A DNA stretch of 64,000 bases from Candidatus Sulfomarinibacteraceae bacterium. Its GTDB lineage: Bacteria > Acidobacteriota > Thermoanaerobaculia > Thermoanaerobaculales > Sulfomarinibacteraceae. The stretch spans positions 256,001-320,000 of the forward strand of contig CAWCLO010000001.1 in the NCBI GenBank assembly GCA_963796455.1. Direction: 5' to 3'. Positions 8,883 to 18,677 of this stretch are shown in pieces. The position numbers and the translations under genes are program-made. Every line of letters starts with the position of its first letter. Position 1 is the first letter of the stretch. Below the pieces are notes generated by a model. It saw only the letters and a list, made by a program, of their open reading frames with translations. It did not search any database and was not told the DNA's origin.

Positions 8883-9809
8883 ATGAAAACCACAATCAAT
8901 CGAGCTTTCGTAGTGATCGCGATCTGTCTACTCTCGGTCAGCTGCGCAAAAACAAATGCCGCGCCGGCGCCCAATATGGGCCTTCCGGACAGCCCCGACG
9001 GAACCGTCAAAGCAATCGCTGAAAATCTCGTCAACCATCAGCCGGCAATCATCTGGCAGGCTCTCCCTGAGAGTTATCGCAATGACCTCGCCGAACTGAC
9101 CGGAACCTTTGCCGCCAAAATGGATCCTGTTCTTTACGACCGCACGCTGGCTGTTGTTGGTCGCGCAGTCGAGGTTCTGATCGAGAAAAAGCCGATCATC
9201 CTCGAGAGCCAGACCGCGGCGATGAGCGGTGTCAATCCCGAGCAACTTGACCAGGGCATGGGTTCGAGCCTTGCCATGGTCCAGACGCTTCTCGCAAGCG
9301 AAGTTTCCACCATCGCCGGACTCCAGGCGATCAACTGGGAGACCTTCCTGCAGACGACCGGTTCGGAACTTCTCATTCAAGCCGAAGCGATCAAGAGTGA
9401 AGAAGGGGAAGACCCGCTGGCAAAGCTCTCGACCCTCGAGGTGGAGGTGCTCGAAAGCACGGACGAAACCGCAAAGCTCCGCCTCTTGATCGAAGGTGAG
9501 GAACCGGAAGAAGTCGATCTGACCCGCGTCGAGGGTCGTTGGGTCCCGGCGGATTTGGCCAGAGAATGGCCGCAGATGATGGCCGATGCCCGGAAAGACC
9601 TCGATGAGATGGACCAGGAAAAAATGGACGAGATGAAGGGCCAGGCCCTGATGGGCCTGGCAATGGCCGAAGGCTTGATCGAACAGGTCGCCATGGTCGA
9701 AACAGCCGAAGAATTCGATGCGATGATCGGCCCGATGATCCAGGCCATGATGGGTTCCATGGGATCCATGATGCCGGAGGACGAGGACTACGGCCCGGAC
9801 GAAGGCTAG
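8883..9809 (+). CDS. Hypothetical lipoprotein
   Basis: GGAGG RBS, lipobox LSVSC, acidic helical body. Confidence 0.75.
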   Translation: MKTTINRAFVVIAICLLSVSCAKTNAAPAPNMGLPDSPDGTVKAIAENLVNHQPAIIWQALPESYRNDLAELTGTFAAKMDPVLYDRTLAVVGRAVEVLIEKKPIILESQTAAMSGVNPEQLDQGMGSSLAMVQTLLASEVSTIAGLQAINWETFLQTTGSELLIQAEAIKSEEGEDPLAKLSTLEVEVLESTDETAKLRLLIEGEEPEEVDLTRVEGRWVPADLAREWPQMMADARKDLDEMDQEKMDEMKGQALMGLAMAEGLIEQVAMVETAEEFDAMIGPMIQAMMGSMGSMMPEDEDYGPDEG

Positions 9810-9827
9810 CCCGCGCTTCGTGGTGAT

Positions 9828-11177
9828 TTAGCGCCCGGCGAGAGCGTCGGAAGGATCGCCGGCGGCGCCTCTGCGCGCCGGCGGCAGGGCGCCCACCACA
9901 CATGCTAGGACCGCCAGCACCAACACTGAGACGACCAGCCACGGAGAGAAGGCAAAGAAACTCTCCGGTTTGAAGGGAAAATCGGGGATCCGACCTGCGG
10001 CAAAAGCATCGGCGGCAATCGCCGCCAGCCGCGCCACCAGCACACCGGTCACCCCGGCCATCAGCCCGAGAGCAGCCCCTTCAGAAACCAGAAGTCTGGT
10101 GATGTCGCTGCGCCGGGCACCGACCGCGCGGAACAAGCCGATCTCCCGTCTTCGGACGATCACCACCAGATAAAAGACGTGCATGATGTGGGCCGTTGCG
10201 ATCACTATGAGGACCAGCCCCACAAGACCGAAGACCACCATCACGACCGAGGTCAACAGCGCAGCCCGCCGCGCGCCGCGGTCTCGAATATCCAGACCCA
10301 TGGCCTCCACCGCCTCCACCACCTCCGGCATGGCCTCGCGGGCGGCCAATTCGATGATGATCGAGTGGTAACGTTCTCCAGCTTCAGCAGAATCTAGCGT
10401 CGTGTTGAGCCGCCGGACATGCTCGAGGGGCAGGGTCACCCCGAGTGGGATCGCGGCCCTTGAAACCCCGACCAGACGCATCCGTTCTCTGACCGGTGGG
10501 CCCGAGGCCGGTTTGAAGGTCGAGGCGCCGAAGTTCATCTCGAAGGTCAGACCTTCGAGGGCATCGGGGTTGATCTTAGGCAGGTCATAGGCGCGACGGA
10601 AAGCTCCGTTGTAGAGCTCGATCACATAGGGAGACACCAGAACCGGGATGTAGGGGCGGCACCAACTCGAGGCACAATAAGCATCCTGTCCACACTGTGC
10701 ATCGCCAGCACAAGGGATCAGCGGATTGTCGGGGTCCCGGTCAGAGAAAACCGGGCCGATGGATTCCGAAACCAACCGAGGATCGATCCCATCGGCCACG
10801 ATCTCGGTCTGAAGACCGGCGCCGAAAAGCGCATTGCCACCCGAAGCCAGGGCCGGTACCGTCAGCCTCATCTTCGGGTAGGCCGCAGCGACACCGTCGA
10901 GAGCCGCCAGATCGTCCAGCACCGATGGATCGAGCGCATCCCGCCCGAGATTGAGCCGGATCGCAAAAAGATCCAGGTCGGCGCTCTTCGGGGCGACCTC
11001 GATCAGGTTTTCCGGAAAGACCTGGGTCAGCAGAAGATCCCGGATCTGGATACCGAGGGCGAGAAAAAAGGTCAGCGCCGCGATCCCGATCACGATGCCG
11101 ATGGAGGCGACGGAAAAATGGCGCCAATGGCGGCGGAGATCGGACGCGACCGCGTGAATCCAGCCTCGTCCCATCAC
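9828..11177 (-). CDS. MacB/FtsX-family ABC transporter permease
   Basis: IGIVIGIAAL first TM, large periplasmic domain, RRREIGLFRAVGARRSDI, PARR..DPSDAL. Confidence 0.85.
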   Translation of the reverse strand: MMGRGWIHAVASDLRRHWRHFSVASIGIVIGIAALTFFLALGIQIRDLLLTQVFPENLIEVAPKSADLDLFAIRLNLGRDALDPSVLDDLAALDGVAAAYPKMRLTVPALASGGNALFGAGLQTEIVADGIDPRLVSESIGPVFSDRDPDNPLIPCAGDAQCGQDAYCASSWCRPYIPVLVSPYVIELYNGAFRRAYDLPKINPDALEGLTFEMNFGASTFKPASGPPVRERMRLVGVSRAAIPLGVTLPLEHVRRLNTTLDSAEAGERYHSIIIELAAREAMPEVVEAVEAMGLDIRDRGARRAALLTSVVMVVFGLVGLVLIVIATAHIMHVFYLVVIVRRREIGLFRAVGARRSDITRLLVSEGAALGLMAGVTGVLVARLAAIAADAFAAGRIPDFPFKPESFFAFSPWLVVSVLVLAVLACVVGALPPARRGAAGDPSDALAGR

Positions 11178-11863
11178 CGGGTTCCTTTGTCGAAATCGGT
11201 CAGCCGGCCAGCGCTGAGTTCGAGAGTGCGGAGCCCCGCGGTGGAGATGGCTTCATCATGGGTGACCGCCACAATCGCCAGTTCGTGATTTCGATGCAGT
11301 TCGGTAAGAAGCCCGACAAGGTCACCGGCGGTTCCCGCGTCCAGATTGCCAGTCGGTTCATCGCACAGAAGAACCCGCGGCCGGTTGAACAGCGCCCGCG
11401 CGAAGGCCACCCGTTGTCGTTCACCACCCGAAAGAGTCGTCGAGGGACGGTCACCGGAACCTTCGAGCCCGACTTCCGCCAACAGTTCATCAGCCCTGTT
11501 TCGAACCGCCTCTGCGCTCCGCCACTCCTCACCGCGAGAAAAGAGCGAAGCCAGCGACACGTTGTCCCGACAACACAGATGATCGAGCAGGTGGTCGCTC
11601 TGGAAAACGAATCCGATCGTGCGGCTCCGGTAGGAGCTGATTTCGATATCGTCCAGGGTTCCGATTTCACGCCCGTCGACCTGCACCGATCCAACAAAAT
11701 CACCATCGAGACCACCGATCAGGTGGAGAAGGGTCGTCTTGCCCGAACCCGAACGCCCGACGATCGACACGAAGTCGCCGTCTCCGATCTCCAGATCGAT
11801 TTCTCGTAGAACGGCCTTCTCGTTGCCGGGGTATTGCTTCGAAACATTTTCGAGTCTGATCAC
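11174..11863 (-). CDS. LolD/MacB-type ABC ATP-binding protein
   Basis: GRSGSGKTT, IGFVFQ, LSGGERQRVA, CDEPTGNLD, VTHD. Confidence 0.9.
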   Translation of the reverse strand: MIRLENVSKQYPGNEKAVLREIDLEIGDGDFVSIVGRSGSGKTTLLHLIGGLDGDFVGSVQVDGREIGTLDDIEISSYRSRTIGFVFQSDHLLDHLCCRDNVSLASLFSRGEEWRSAEAVRNRADELLAEVGLEGSGDRPSTTLSGGERQRVAFARALFNRPRVLLCDEPTGNLDAGTAGDLVGLLTELHRNHELAIVAVTHDEAISTAGLRTLELSAGRLTDFDKGTR

Positions 11864-11892
11864 GGGGCGAGTTTAGCGCGACCCGGGAGTCA

Positions 11893-12452
11893 AGTTTTGA
11901 GTTTTGAGTTTTGGGTTTTGAGTTCGGGCCCGTTTCGCGTTCCATTCGACCGGCTGGCGAAGGGGCGGAGGGGCGGAGGAGAAAGGGGGAACAAGCAACA
12001 CGATGCTGGATGCTGGATGCTCGATCCCGAGCCCGAGCCCGTTGCCGTTACCGAACAGGGAAAGGGGGAAAGGGAGAAAGGGAGAACCGGCCGGCACTGA
12101 TTTCGCCTGCATGCGAATGTCGCCTCCTGATGTCATCCTGAGCGGAGCGCCTTCGGCGCGTAGTCGAAGGATCTGCGGACCGAAGACTGTTCCGTCCATC
12201 CCATAGATCCTTCGACTTCGCCCCCTGTGGGGCTACGCTCAGGATGACATCTTGAACGACAGTTCCGTTCCCGTTCCCGTTCCCGAAAGGGTGAAAGGGT
12301 GAAAGGGTGAAAGGGAGAAAGGGAGAAAGGGAGAAAGGGAGAACCGTACCGGAAGCGACGGACGTGATAAGATCTGGTCCTCTGCTCCTCTGCTCCTCTG
12401 CTCCTCTGCTCCTCTGCTCCTCTGCTCCTCTGCTCCTCTGCTCCTCTGCTCC
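11893..12452. repeat. Composite intergenic repeat mosaic (TTTTGAG, GATGCTG, CCCGTT-type hexamers, GGGAGAAA, REP-like palindrome 12129-12251, 9x TCCTCTGC 12378-12449)
   Basis: Read directly; modules recur at 41930-42150 and 44165-44485. Confidence 0.9.
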
Positions 12453-12483
12453 CATTCCCATTGCTGCGCTACACTTCCTCCTC

Positions 12484-13281
12484 ATGCACATTCTGGCTCT
12501 CGATTTCGATGGTGTGCTCTGCGACTCGTCACGCGAGGTCTTCGTGGTCGCGGTCGACACCTATGCCTCGATGGAGAGTGGGTCCCTGTTGCCCGCGCGA
12601 TTGCAGCCGCTGCGCGATGACGCGCTCGGTGGTGGTGAAGGTTTTCGATCCGAAAGACTGTACGAAATCTTCATCGGTCTCCTGGCCCTCGGCAATCGGG
12701 CCGAGGACTTCGGAGTGTCGCTGACCGCCATGGACCGGGGAGCCCCGATCGACGGACAGGATGCATATGATGAGTATTTTGGAGGCCTCGACCCGGAGTG
12801 GCTGGCAAGATTCCACACACGTTTCTATGAAGTCCGTACCAAGCTGCGCAACGCCGACGCCAGGGCTTGGATCGGGCTCCACAAACCCTACCCCGGCCTC
12901 GCTGATCTATTGCGAAAGCACTCCGATCGTACGCTGCCTGCCGTGGTCACGGCCAAGGACGGTGTCTCGGCAAGACTGTTATTGGACGCCATGGGTTATG
13001 ACGGCATTTTTGATCCGCAGCTCATTTTCGACAAAGAGACCGGGGTCGAAAAAACCCACCATCTCGAAGCCCTGCAACAACGGACGGGGATCGGGTTTTC
13101 AAAGGTCACCTTTATCGACGACAAACTCAACCATCTGGTCGCGGTCAGCAGACTCGGAGTGCGTGCGGTTCTTGCCGGTTGGGGCTTCAATACCCTGCGC
13201 GAGCATGCGCTCGCCGACAGGCTCGGCTTTGACGTGGCAACGCTGCGATCTGCAGAAAACGTTTTGTTCAAGGGAGAGTGA
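12484..13281 (+). CDS. HAD-superfamily hydrolase
   Basis: LALDFDGVLCDS motif I; VVTAK, FIDDK; true start placed at ATG 12484 after the repeat array. Confidence 0.85.
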   Translation: MHILALDFDGVLCDSSREVFVVAVDTYASMESGSLLPARLQPLRDDALGGGEGFRSERLYEIFIGLLALGNRAEDFGVSLTAMDRGAPIDGQDAYDEYFGGLDPEWLARFHTRFYEVRTKLRNADARAWIGLHKPYPGLADLLRKHSDRTLPAVVTAKDGVSARLLLDAMGYDGIFDPQLIFDKETGVEKTHHLEALQQRTGIGFSKVTFIDDKLNHLVAVSRLGVRAVLAGWGFNTLREHALADRLGFDVATLRSAENVLFKGE

Positions 13282-14070
13282 ATGGCAAAGAAGAAGTCAA
13301 TCAGCCTCTACAGCTGGAATGTCAACGGAATCAGGGCCTGCGGACGCAAAGGCTTCCTCGACTGGCTGGCTGCCGCCAAGCCCGATGTCCTCGGTCTCCA
13401 GGAAACACGGGCGCTCCCCGAACAACTCGAGGACGCTCTCCTCAACCCAAAGGGCTATTCCGTCCATTACAACCCAGCAGAGAAAAAGGGATACTCGGGA
13501 GTCGCCCTCTATTCGCGGCTCGATCCCGACAGTGTCATTCTGGGCGGTCTCAATGAAGAACGATTCAACAGCGAAGGCCGTCTGATCATCGCCGACTACG
13601 GTGATTTTCTCTTCTACACAGGGTATTTTCCAAACGGCGGCAACGACCTCAGCCGGGTGCCCTACAAACTCGATTTTTCGGAGGCGGTTCTGCAGCACGC
13701 GGAAAAGCAGCGCAAGAAGGGCCGCAGTATCGTCATCTGCGGTGACGTCAACACGGCCCACGAGGAGATCGACCTCGCCAACCCCAAATCAAACAAGAAG
13801 AACACCGGTTTTCTGCCCGAGGAACGCGCCTGGGTGAGCCGTCTGATAGACCACGGATACATGGACATCTTCCGCAAGCTCCACCCCGAAGAAACAGGCC
13901 GTTACACCTGGTGGAGCAACCGCGGGGATGTCAGAGCACGCAACATCGGATGGCGCATCGACTACTTCTTTATTTCTGCCGATCTCGAGGAGAAGGTGGT
14001 CGCCGCACGAATCCACCCAGATGTCATGGGGTCGGATCATTGTCCGATCGAGTTGGAACTGAAGTGCTAA
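13282..14070 (+). CDS. xth: Exodeoxyribonuclease III
   Basis: SWNVNGIRA, LQET, GYSGVA, YFPNG, CGDVNTAH, YTWWS, GWRIDY, GSDHCP. Confidence 0.95.
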   Translation: MAKKKSISLYSWNVNGIRACGRKGFLDWLAAAKPDVLGLQETRALPEQLEDALLNPKGYSVHYNPAEKKGYSGVALYSRLDPDSVILGGLNEERFNSEGRLIIADYGDFLFYTGYFPNGGNDLSRVPYKLDFSEAVLQHAEKQRKKGRSIVICGDVNTAHEEIDLANPKSNKKNTGFLPEERAWVSRLIDHGYMDIFRKLHPEETGRYTWWSNRGDVRARNIGWRIDYFFISADLEEKVVAARIHPDVMGSDHCPIELELKC

Positions 14071-14258
14071 CAGTTTTGAGGTTTGAGGTTTGAGGTTGGA
14101 GTTCCAATCCACAACCCGGAATGCGAATTCGAAAACCGGGTTCCCGTCCGCCCACACCCAGACCGAATCAGAAAAAGAGCAATTGCAAACTGTGCTTGCT
14201 TCCACCAGTCTGGCGCCCAACTCAAAACTCAACACTCAAAACTCAAAACTCAAAACTG
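14071..14258. repeat. Inverted pair of heptamer arrays (TTTGAGG/TTTTGAG left, CTCAAAA right) around ~115 bp
   Basis: CAGTTTTGAG at 14071 and CTCAAAACTG ending at 14258 are exact inverted termini. Confidence 0.85.
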
Positions 14259-14277
14259 ACGCCCTGGGGCTATTGAA

Positions 14278-14718
14278 ATGATTGAAGACCACTACCGGCG
14301 GTTGGAGCGCATGTATCTCAGTTCTCCGGCAAACACTGTTTACAACGCTCGGATTCACGTCGAGGAGGCGGCAGCGGAGATCTCCCTCGATGTGGGGCTT
14401 CATCTCCACCACGCGGCCGGAAGCGTCCACGGTTCTCACTATTTCAAGGCTCTGGACGATGCCGCATTCTTCGCAGTCAACTCGCTGGTCGATGACGTGT
14501 TCGTGTTCACCGTCAGCTTCAATACCTATCTTGTGCGCCCGATCGTCGAAGGAACCATGACCTCCACCGGATCCGTGGTGAATGCGGGTCGCTCATTGTG
14601 GATCGCTGAATCGACCGTGACAGACGATCGGGGCCGGCTGCTCGGCCACGGCAGCGGTTCCTTCATGAAGAGCAGGATCGCCCTTTCTGACATCCCGAGC
14701 TACGCTCACCACGGCTGA
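14278..14718 (+). CDS. PaaI-family thioesterase (hotdog fold)
   Basis: HAAGSVHGSHYFKALDDAAFFA; TVSFNTYLVRP. Confidence 0.85.
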   Translation: MIEDHYRRLERMYLSSPANTVYNARIHVEEAAAEISLDVGLHLHHAAGSVHGSHYFKALDDAAFFAVNSLVDDVFVFTVSFNTYLVRPIVEGTMTSTGSVVNAGRSLWIAESTVTDDRGRLLGHGSGSFMKSRIALSDIPSYAHHG

Positions 14719-14756
14719 TGAGAGAGTTCGAATGATCCTCCGAAGCATTGACGACC

Positions 14757-15578
14757 GTGCCTGAACTCCCTGAAGTCGAGACCGTCCGCCGCTCGCTCGA
14801 GCGGGAGCTCCGGAATCTGAAGATCACCGGGGTCAGCGGTCACTCGATCCAACTCCGGCGCCCGCTCGATCTCGACAGCTTCCAGACAGTCCTCCCCAAT
14901 TCGGCGTTCACCGCATTTCGCCGGCGTGGCAAGTTTCTGCTGTTGGATCTCGGCCCCTCGGGCAGTCTGTTGTGCCACCTCGGGATGTCCGGACGAATGA
15001 TGATCGTTCACGCCGGGTCCGACCGTCTCCCGCATACACATCTCATTCTCGAGCTCAGTGACGGCCGCGAGCTTCGATATGTTGATCCCAGACGTTTTGG
15101 TTTTGTCGATTGGCTCGGTCAGGGCGCCGAAGAAAAGGACCCGTCACTTGGCCGGCTCGGTCCCGAGCCCCTCGATCCGACAATCGTGCAAATCCTACCG
15201 CCACTCATGCACTCACGGCGTGCTCCACTCAAAAGCCTCCTCCTCGACCAGCACCTGGTGGCGGGGGTCGGCAACATCTACGCCGTCGAGTCTCTGTGGC
15301 GTGCGGGAATCCACCCGCGCCGCAAGGGCTGCCGCACATCATTGCTTCGTTTGGAAAGGCTCACCGCGATCGTCAGAGAAGTGCTCATGGAGGCCGTCGA
15401 AGAGGGCGGCACGACCATTCGGGACTACGCCACGCCTGAAGGAGATTTCGGCTACTTCGCGATCCGGCTCGACGCCTACGGACGAAAGGGCAAACCGTGT
15501 CGCCGCTGTGGGACCCCCCTTCGTGCCGAGGTCATCGCGGGACGAACGACTGCGTTTTGTCCGGGGTGTCAGAGGTAA
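14757..15578 (+). CDS. mutM: Formamidopyrimidine-DNA glycosylase
   Basis: N-terminal PELPEVE, RRGKFL, HLGMSG, DPRRFG, GVGNIY, C-terminal Zn finger. Confidence 0.95.
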   Translation: MPELPEVETVRRSLERELRNLKITGVSGHSIQLRRPLDLDSFQTVLPNSAFTAFRRRGKFLLLDLGPSGSLLCHLGMSGRMMIVHAGSDRLPHTHLILELSDGRELRYVDPRRFGFVDWLGQGAEEKDPSLGRLGPEPLDPTIVQILPPLMHSRRAPLKSLLLDQHLVAGVGNIYAVESLWRAGIHPRRKGCRTSLLRLERLTAIVREVLMEAVEEGGTTIRDYATPEGDFGYFAIRLDAYGRKGKPCRRCGTPLRAEVIAGRTTAFCPGCQR

Positions 15579-15580
15579 AG

Positions 15581-15657
15581 GGGCCATGGGCTATAGGCTA
15601 TAAGCGATGGGCTTTAGGCCATGGGCTATGGGCTATGAGCTATGAGCTATGGGCCCT
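15581..15657 (+). repeat. Degenerate GGGCTAT heptamer array
   Basis: Read directly after mutM stop. Confidence 0.85.
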
Positions 15658-15762
15658 AAGCGATAAGCTTTTTTGGCTCAGCTTTTTGCAGAAAACCCGC
15701 TGGAGGCGTTCGAGCCCACGGCCCCGGCTGAAGTACCATGGAGCCCGGAAGTGGAGGCATCG

Positions 15763-17079
15763 ATGGGCCACCTTGTCGGCAAAGATATTTATCGCCAGCT
15801 CGGTACAAAAATCGACAACCTGGCGACTCGAACACCTTGGAACGAGACGCTTTACGAGATCCTGACCGAGCTCTACACTCCCCAGGAAGCCGAACTGGTG
15901 GTCCGTATGCCCTACGGGTTGTCGACTGCCAAGCGCCTCGTTTCGGTCACCGGATATGACGAGGCACCCCTGCAGCATCTCCTCGCCAGTCTGTGCAGCA
16001 AGGGTCTGGTCATGGACATCGAACTCGGTGGAAGATATCGCTATACCGTATCGCCTCTGGTCATCGGAATCTTCGAACTCACCATGATGCGTACCGGTCC
16101 GGATCTCGACCGTAAGAAAATCGCCACCCTCTTCCACCAATACATGGGCCCCGACGGAGTTTTCCACGACGCCAATTATGCGCACGGCGAAACGACGACG
16201 ATCATGAGGGCCCTACCCCACGAGGGCACCATCCGCGACGAAGATTTTGTCGAGATTCTCGACTACGAAAAAGCGCGCGAGATCGTCAGCCGCGCGCGTC
16301 GATTCTCGATGGGCATTTGTTCGTGTCGCCACGAGAAGCACCACCTCGGTCAGAGTTGCCGGGCCGAAGCGCCGATGGACAACTGTTCGTCGATGGATTA
16401 TTCGGCGGACTTTTTGATTCGCAACGATCTTGCCCGCGAGGTCAGCCGCGAGGAGATGATCGACAATATCGACCGCTCACGAGACCTCGGTCTCGTCATG
16501 AATGCGGACAATGTGCAGCGCAACGTCACCTTTATCTGCCACTGTTGCGGATGCTGCTGCAACGCCCTCGCCGGTTTGACCGAGCACGGATACACCGAAT
16601 CGATCGTGACCTCCAGTTATATTGCCGTAACTGATGACGAGATCTGCAAGGGCTGCAACTTTTGTGAAAAGGCATGTCCAGTGGATGCCATTTCGATGGT
16701 GCCGAATGACAACCCCCAAACCAAAAAGAAGAAGAAGCCGGCAATCGATTTCGAGTTCTGTCTCGGCTGCGGTGTGTGTGCCAATGCCTGTTCGACTGGG
16801 GCGATGAAGCTCGACGAACGCGAGCAGCGAGTGATTCCGCCGGAAAGCACCTTCCAACGGGTGATTCTCTCGGCGCTCGATCGCGGAACTCTTCAGAATC
16901 AACTCTTCGACGATCCATCGAGCACCAGCCAGGCCTTCCTGCGCGCTTTCGTCGGCGGCTTTCTCAAACTGCCCCCGGTCAAAAAGGCGCTGCTCAGCAA
17001 TCAGTTACGGTCACGTTTCTTGAGCGCAATGGAAGGCGGGGTCCGCAAGCAGGGAAAGAGTTGGGCAGCGGAGATCTAG
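15763..17079 (+). CDS. 4Fe-4S dicluster domain oxidoreductase-like protein
   Basis: CSCRH, ICHCCGCCC, CKGCNFCEKACP and CLGCGVCANAC; GGAGG RBS before ATG 15763. Confidence 0.85.
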   Translation: MGHLVGKDIYRQLGTKIDNLATRTPWNETLYEILTELYTPQEAELVVRMPYGLSTAKRLVSVTGYDEAPLQHLLASLCSKGLVMDIELGGRYRYTVSPLVIGIFELTMMRTGPDLDRKKIATLFHQYMGPDGVFHDANYAHGETTTIMRALPHEGTIRDEDFVEILDYEKAREIVSRARRFSMGICSCRHEKHHLGQSCRAEAPMDNCSSMDYSADFLIRNDLAREVSREEMIDNIDRSRDLGLVMNADNVQRNVTFICHCCGCCCNALAGLTEHGYTESIVTSSYIAVTDDEICKGCNFCEKACPVDAISMVPNDNPQTKKKKKPAIDFEFCLGCGVCANACSTGAMKLDEREQRVIPPESTFQRVILSALDRGTLQNQLFDDPSSTSQAFLRAFVGGFLKLPPVKKALLSNQLRSRFLSAMEGGVRKQGKSWAAEI

Positions 17080-17115
17080 TGGACTCTGCGGCTATGGACA
17101 GTTCGGATTCGGCGT

Positions 17116-17170
17116 CATAGCCTCATAGCCCATAGCCCATAGCCCCATAGCCTCATAGCCCCATAGCCTC
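17116..17170 (-). repeat. CATAGCC(C/TC) array (reverse complement of GGCTATG arrays)
   Basis: Read directly. Confidence 0.9.
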
Positions 17171-17192
17171 GTCGTCCCATTGCCAATGCCCG

Positions 17193-18044
17193 TCACGGTG
17201 GTGGCAACGAAATCGACGACTTCGGCATGGCGGGTTCTCCGCGCCCCGGTTGGTTGCGCTCCGGAAAACCACCACCGAGACCCTTGGTAATGGTCGGCCC
17301 CACATGGCCGATCGGGGTCGGCCGCGGCGTCGGCACCCTGCCCCCGCCCTGGCGCCACACAAAGGAGGTGAAATTCGCGAGATCGGTTTGGGCGCGCGAC
17401 AGGGACACCCCGGCCACACCAAAGGTCACCGCGCGATCATCGAGACTCCGCCAGCTTCGAAGCTCGCCGGTGCGATAGAATTCCTCACCGACAAAGGGGT
17501 ACAGGGCTTTGCTTCGGGCGAGGGACCCGCTGATCGCCGAGCCGATTTTTCCTTCCACGATCAGATCACGGCTCTGGCCGTAGAACACCAACCGGACACG
17601 TTCGAGGACCGAGTCGACATAGGCCTGATACTCGGCGGAGTAGGCCGATTCCCGCCCATCCTCGTGGACGACGGCGAGTGGATCATTGGCATCGAGCACC
17701 AACACCGCGAGCACACCCATCTCTTCGACCAAATCGGCCAGAGGTACGGGTTGCCTCAGATCCGAGGCACACTTACGAACCTGCCGTTCGAGAGCCTGCG
17801 AGAGGTTGCCGGGGGGGCCGGCGCGCCACGCCGGCGGCAGTTTCAATCCACGCCTGATTCCGGCGTCATATCGTTTGTGGTGTTCACGGACCTGGCGGGC
17901 AAAATCAGGTGGAAAGAAATCGACGGCTGACCACGCGACGTAGCGAACCGTCGTGGGGCTCCACCCGATGGACAAAGCTGCCACAACAAGCACCGGAAAA
18001 ATCCCGGACACCGCAAATCGATCGGGCAAAAAACGCTTCATCAC
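17193..18044 (-). CDS. Hypothetical exported protein
   Basis: 283-aa ORF with signal-like N-terminus, overlapping the stop of the upstream TlpA gene. Confidence 0.65.
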   Translation of the reverse strand: MMKRFLPDRFAVSGIFPVLVVAALSIGWSPTTVRYVAWSAVDFFPPDFARQVREHHKRYDAGIRRGLKLPPAWRAGPPGNLSQALERQVRKCASDLRQPVPLADLVEEMGVLAVLVLDANDPLAVVHEDGRESAYSAEYQAYVDSVLERVRLVFYGQSRDLIVEGKIGSAISGSLARSKALYPFVGEEFYRTGELRSWRSLDDRAVTFGVAGVSLSRAQTDLANFTSFVWRQGGGRVPTPRPTPIGHVGPTITKGLGGGFPERNQPGRGEPAMPKSSISLPPP

Positions 18045-18568
18045 GAGCCCGACGCGCCTTCCACCCCGGGAGCCGGTTTCATGGCCTTGACGCTCTCTCG
18101 GATGACATCCGGAAGTTCCGGAGAATAGCCGCGATAGATCCCGACCGGCCGTCCTTCACGATCGAGGAGCACGTTGGTGGGCAGGCCTTTGATTCCGAGC
18201 TGAATCAGGCTCCTCTGATCCATCCGGTAGACCGGGACATCGATGTCATAGCGCTGCAGAAAACGCACACCCATCGCCGGTGATTGGTCGGTATTGACGG
18301 TCACGAGCGTGAATCCTTCATCGGCAAGCTCTTCGGCGAGCTTTTCCAGCTCCGGCAGCTCCATCCGGCACGGTCCGCACCACGAGGCCCAAAAGGTCAT
18401 CAGCACCGGTTTCCCGTGCAAGGAGTGAAGATCGATCTGGGCGGTGCCGTCGATGGCGGTGAATTTCATGTTAGGAAAGACCGGTGTTTCGACGACCTGG
18501 TCGTCTTCCGCGGCTGCAATCGATGCCGAAAGTACGAGCAACAGGAAAATGGCGAGAATTCGTCTCAT
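18041..18568 (-). CDS. TlpA/ResA-family thiol-disulfide oxidoreductase
   Basis: FWASWCGPCRMELPEL, GLPT; signal peptide. Confidence 0.9.
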   Translation of the reverse strand: MRRILAIFLLLVLSASIAAAEDDQVVETPVFPNMKFTAIDGTAQIDLHSLHGKPVLMTFWASWCGPCRMELPELEKLAEELADEGFTLVTVNTDQSPAMGVRFLQRYDIDVPVYRMDQRSLIQLGIKGLPTNVLLDREGRPVGIYRGYSPELPDVIRESVKAMKPAPGVEGASGS

Positions 18569-18677
18569 AGAGCCATGATACACCGACCTGCGGAGGCTGG
18601 ATATTGAACCGTTCATACTTTGTGAAATTTAGCACAAAGACGCTGCGAATCGTTACCACATCTGCTACACTTTCCGG

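Noticed and set aside
15581..17170. 4Fe-4S gene as cargo bracketed by inverted GGCTATG/CATAGCC arrays
   Set aside because: Each array fits the general left/right polarity of its own intergenic region, so the bracket is probably coincidental; it cannot be fully excluded.
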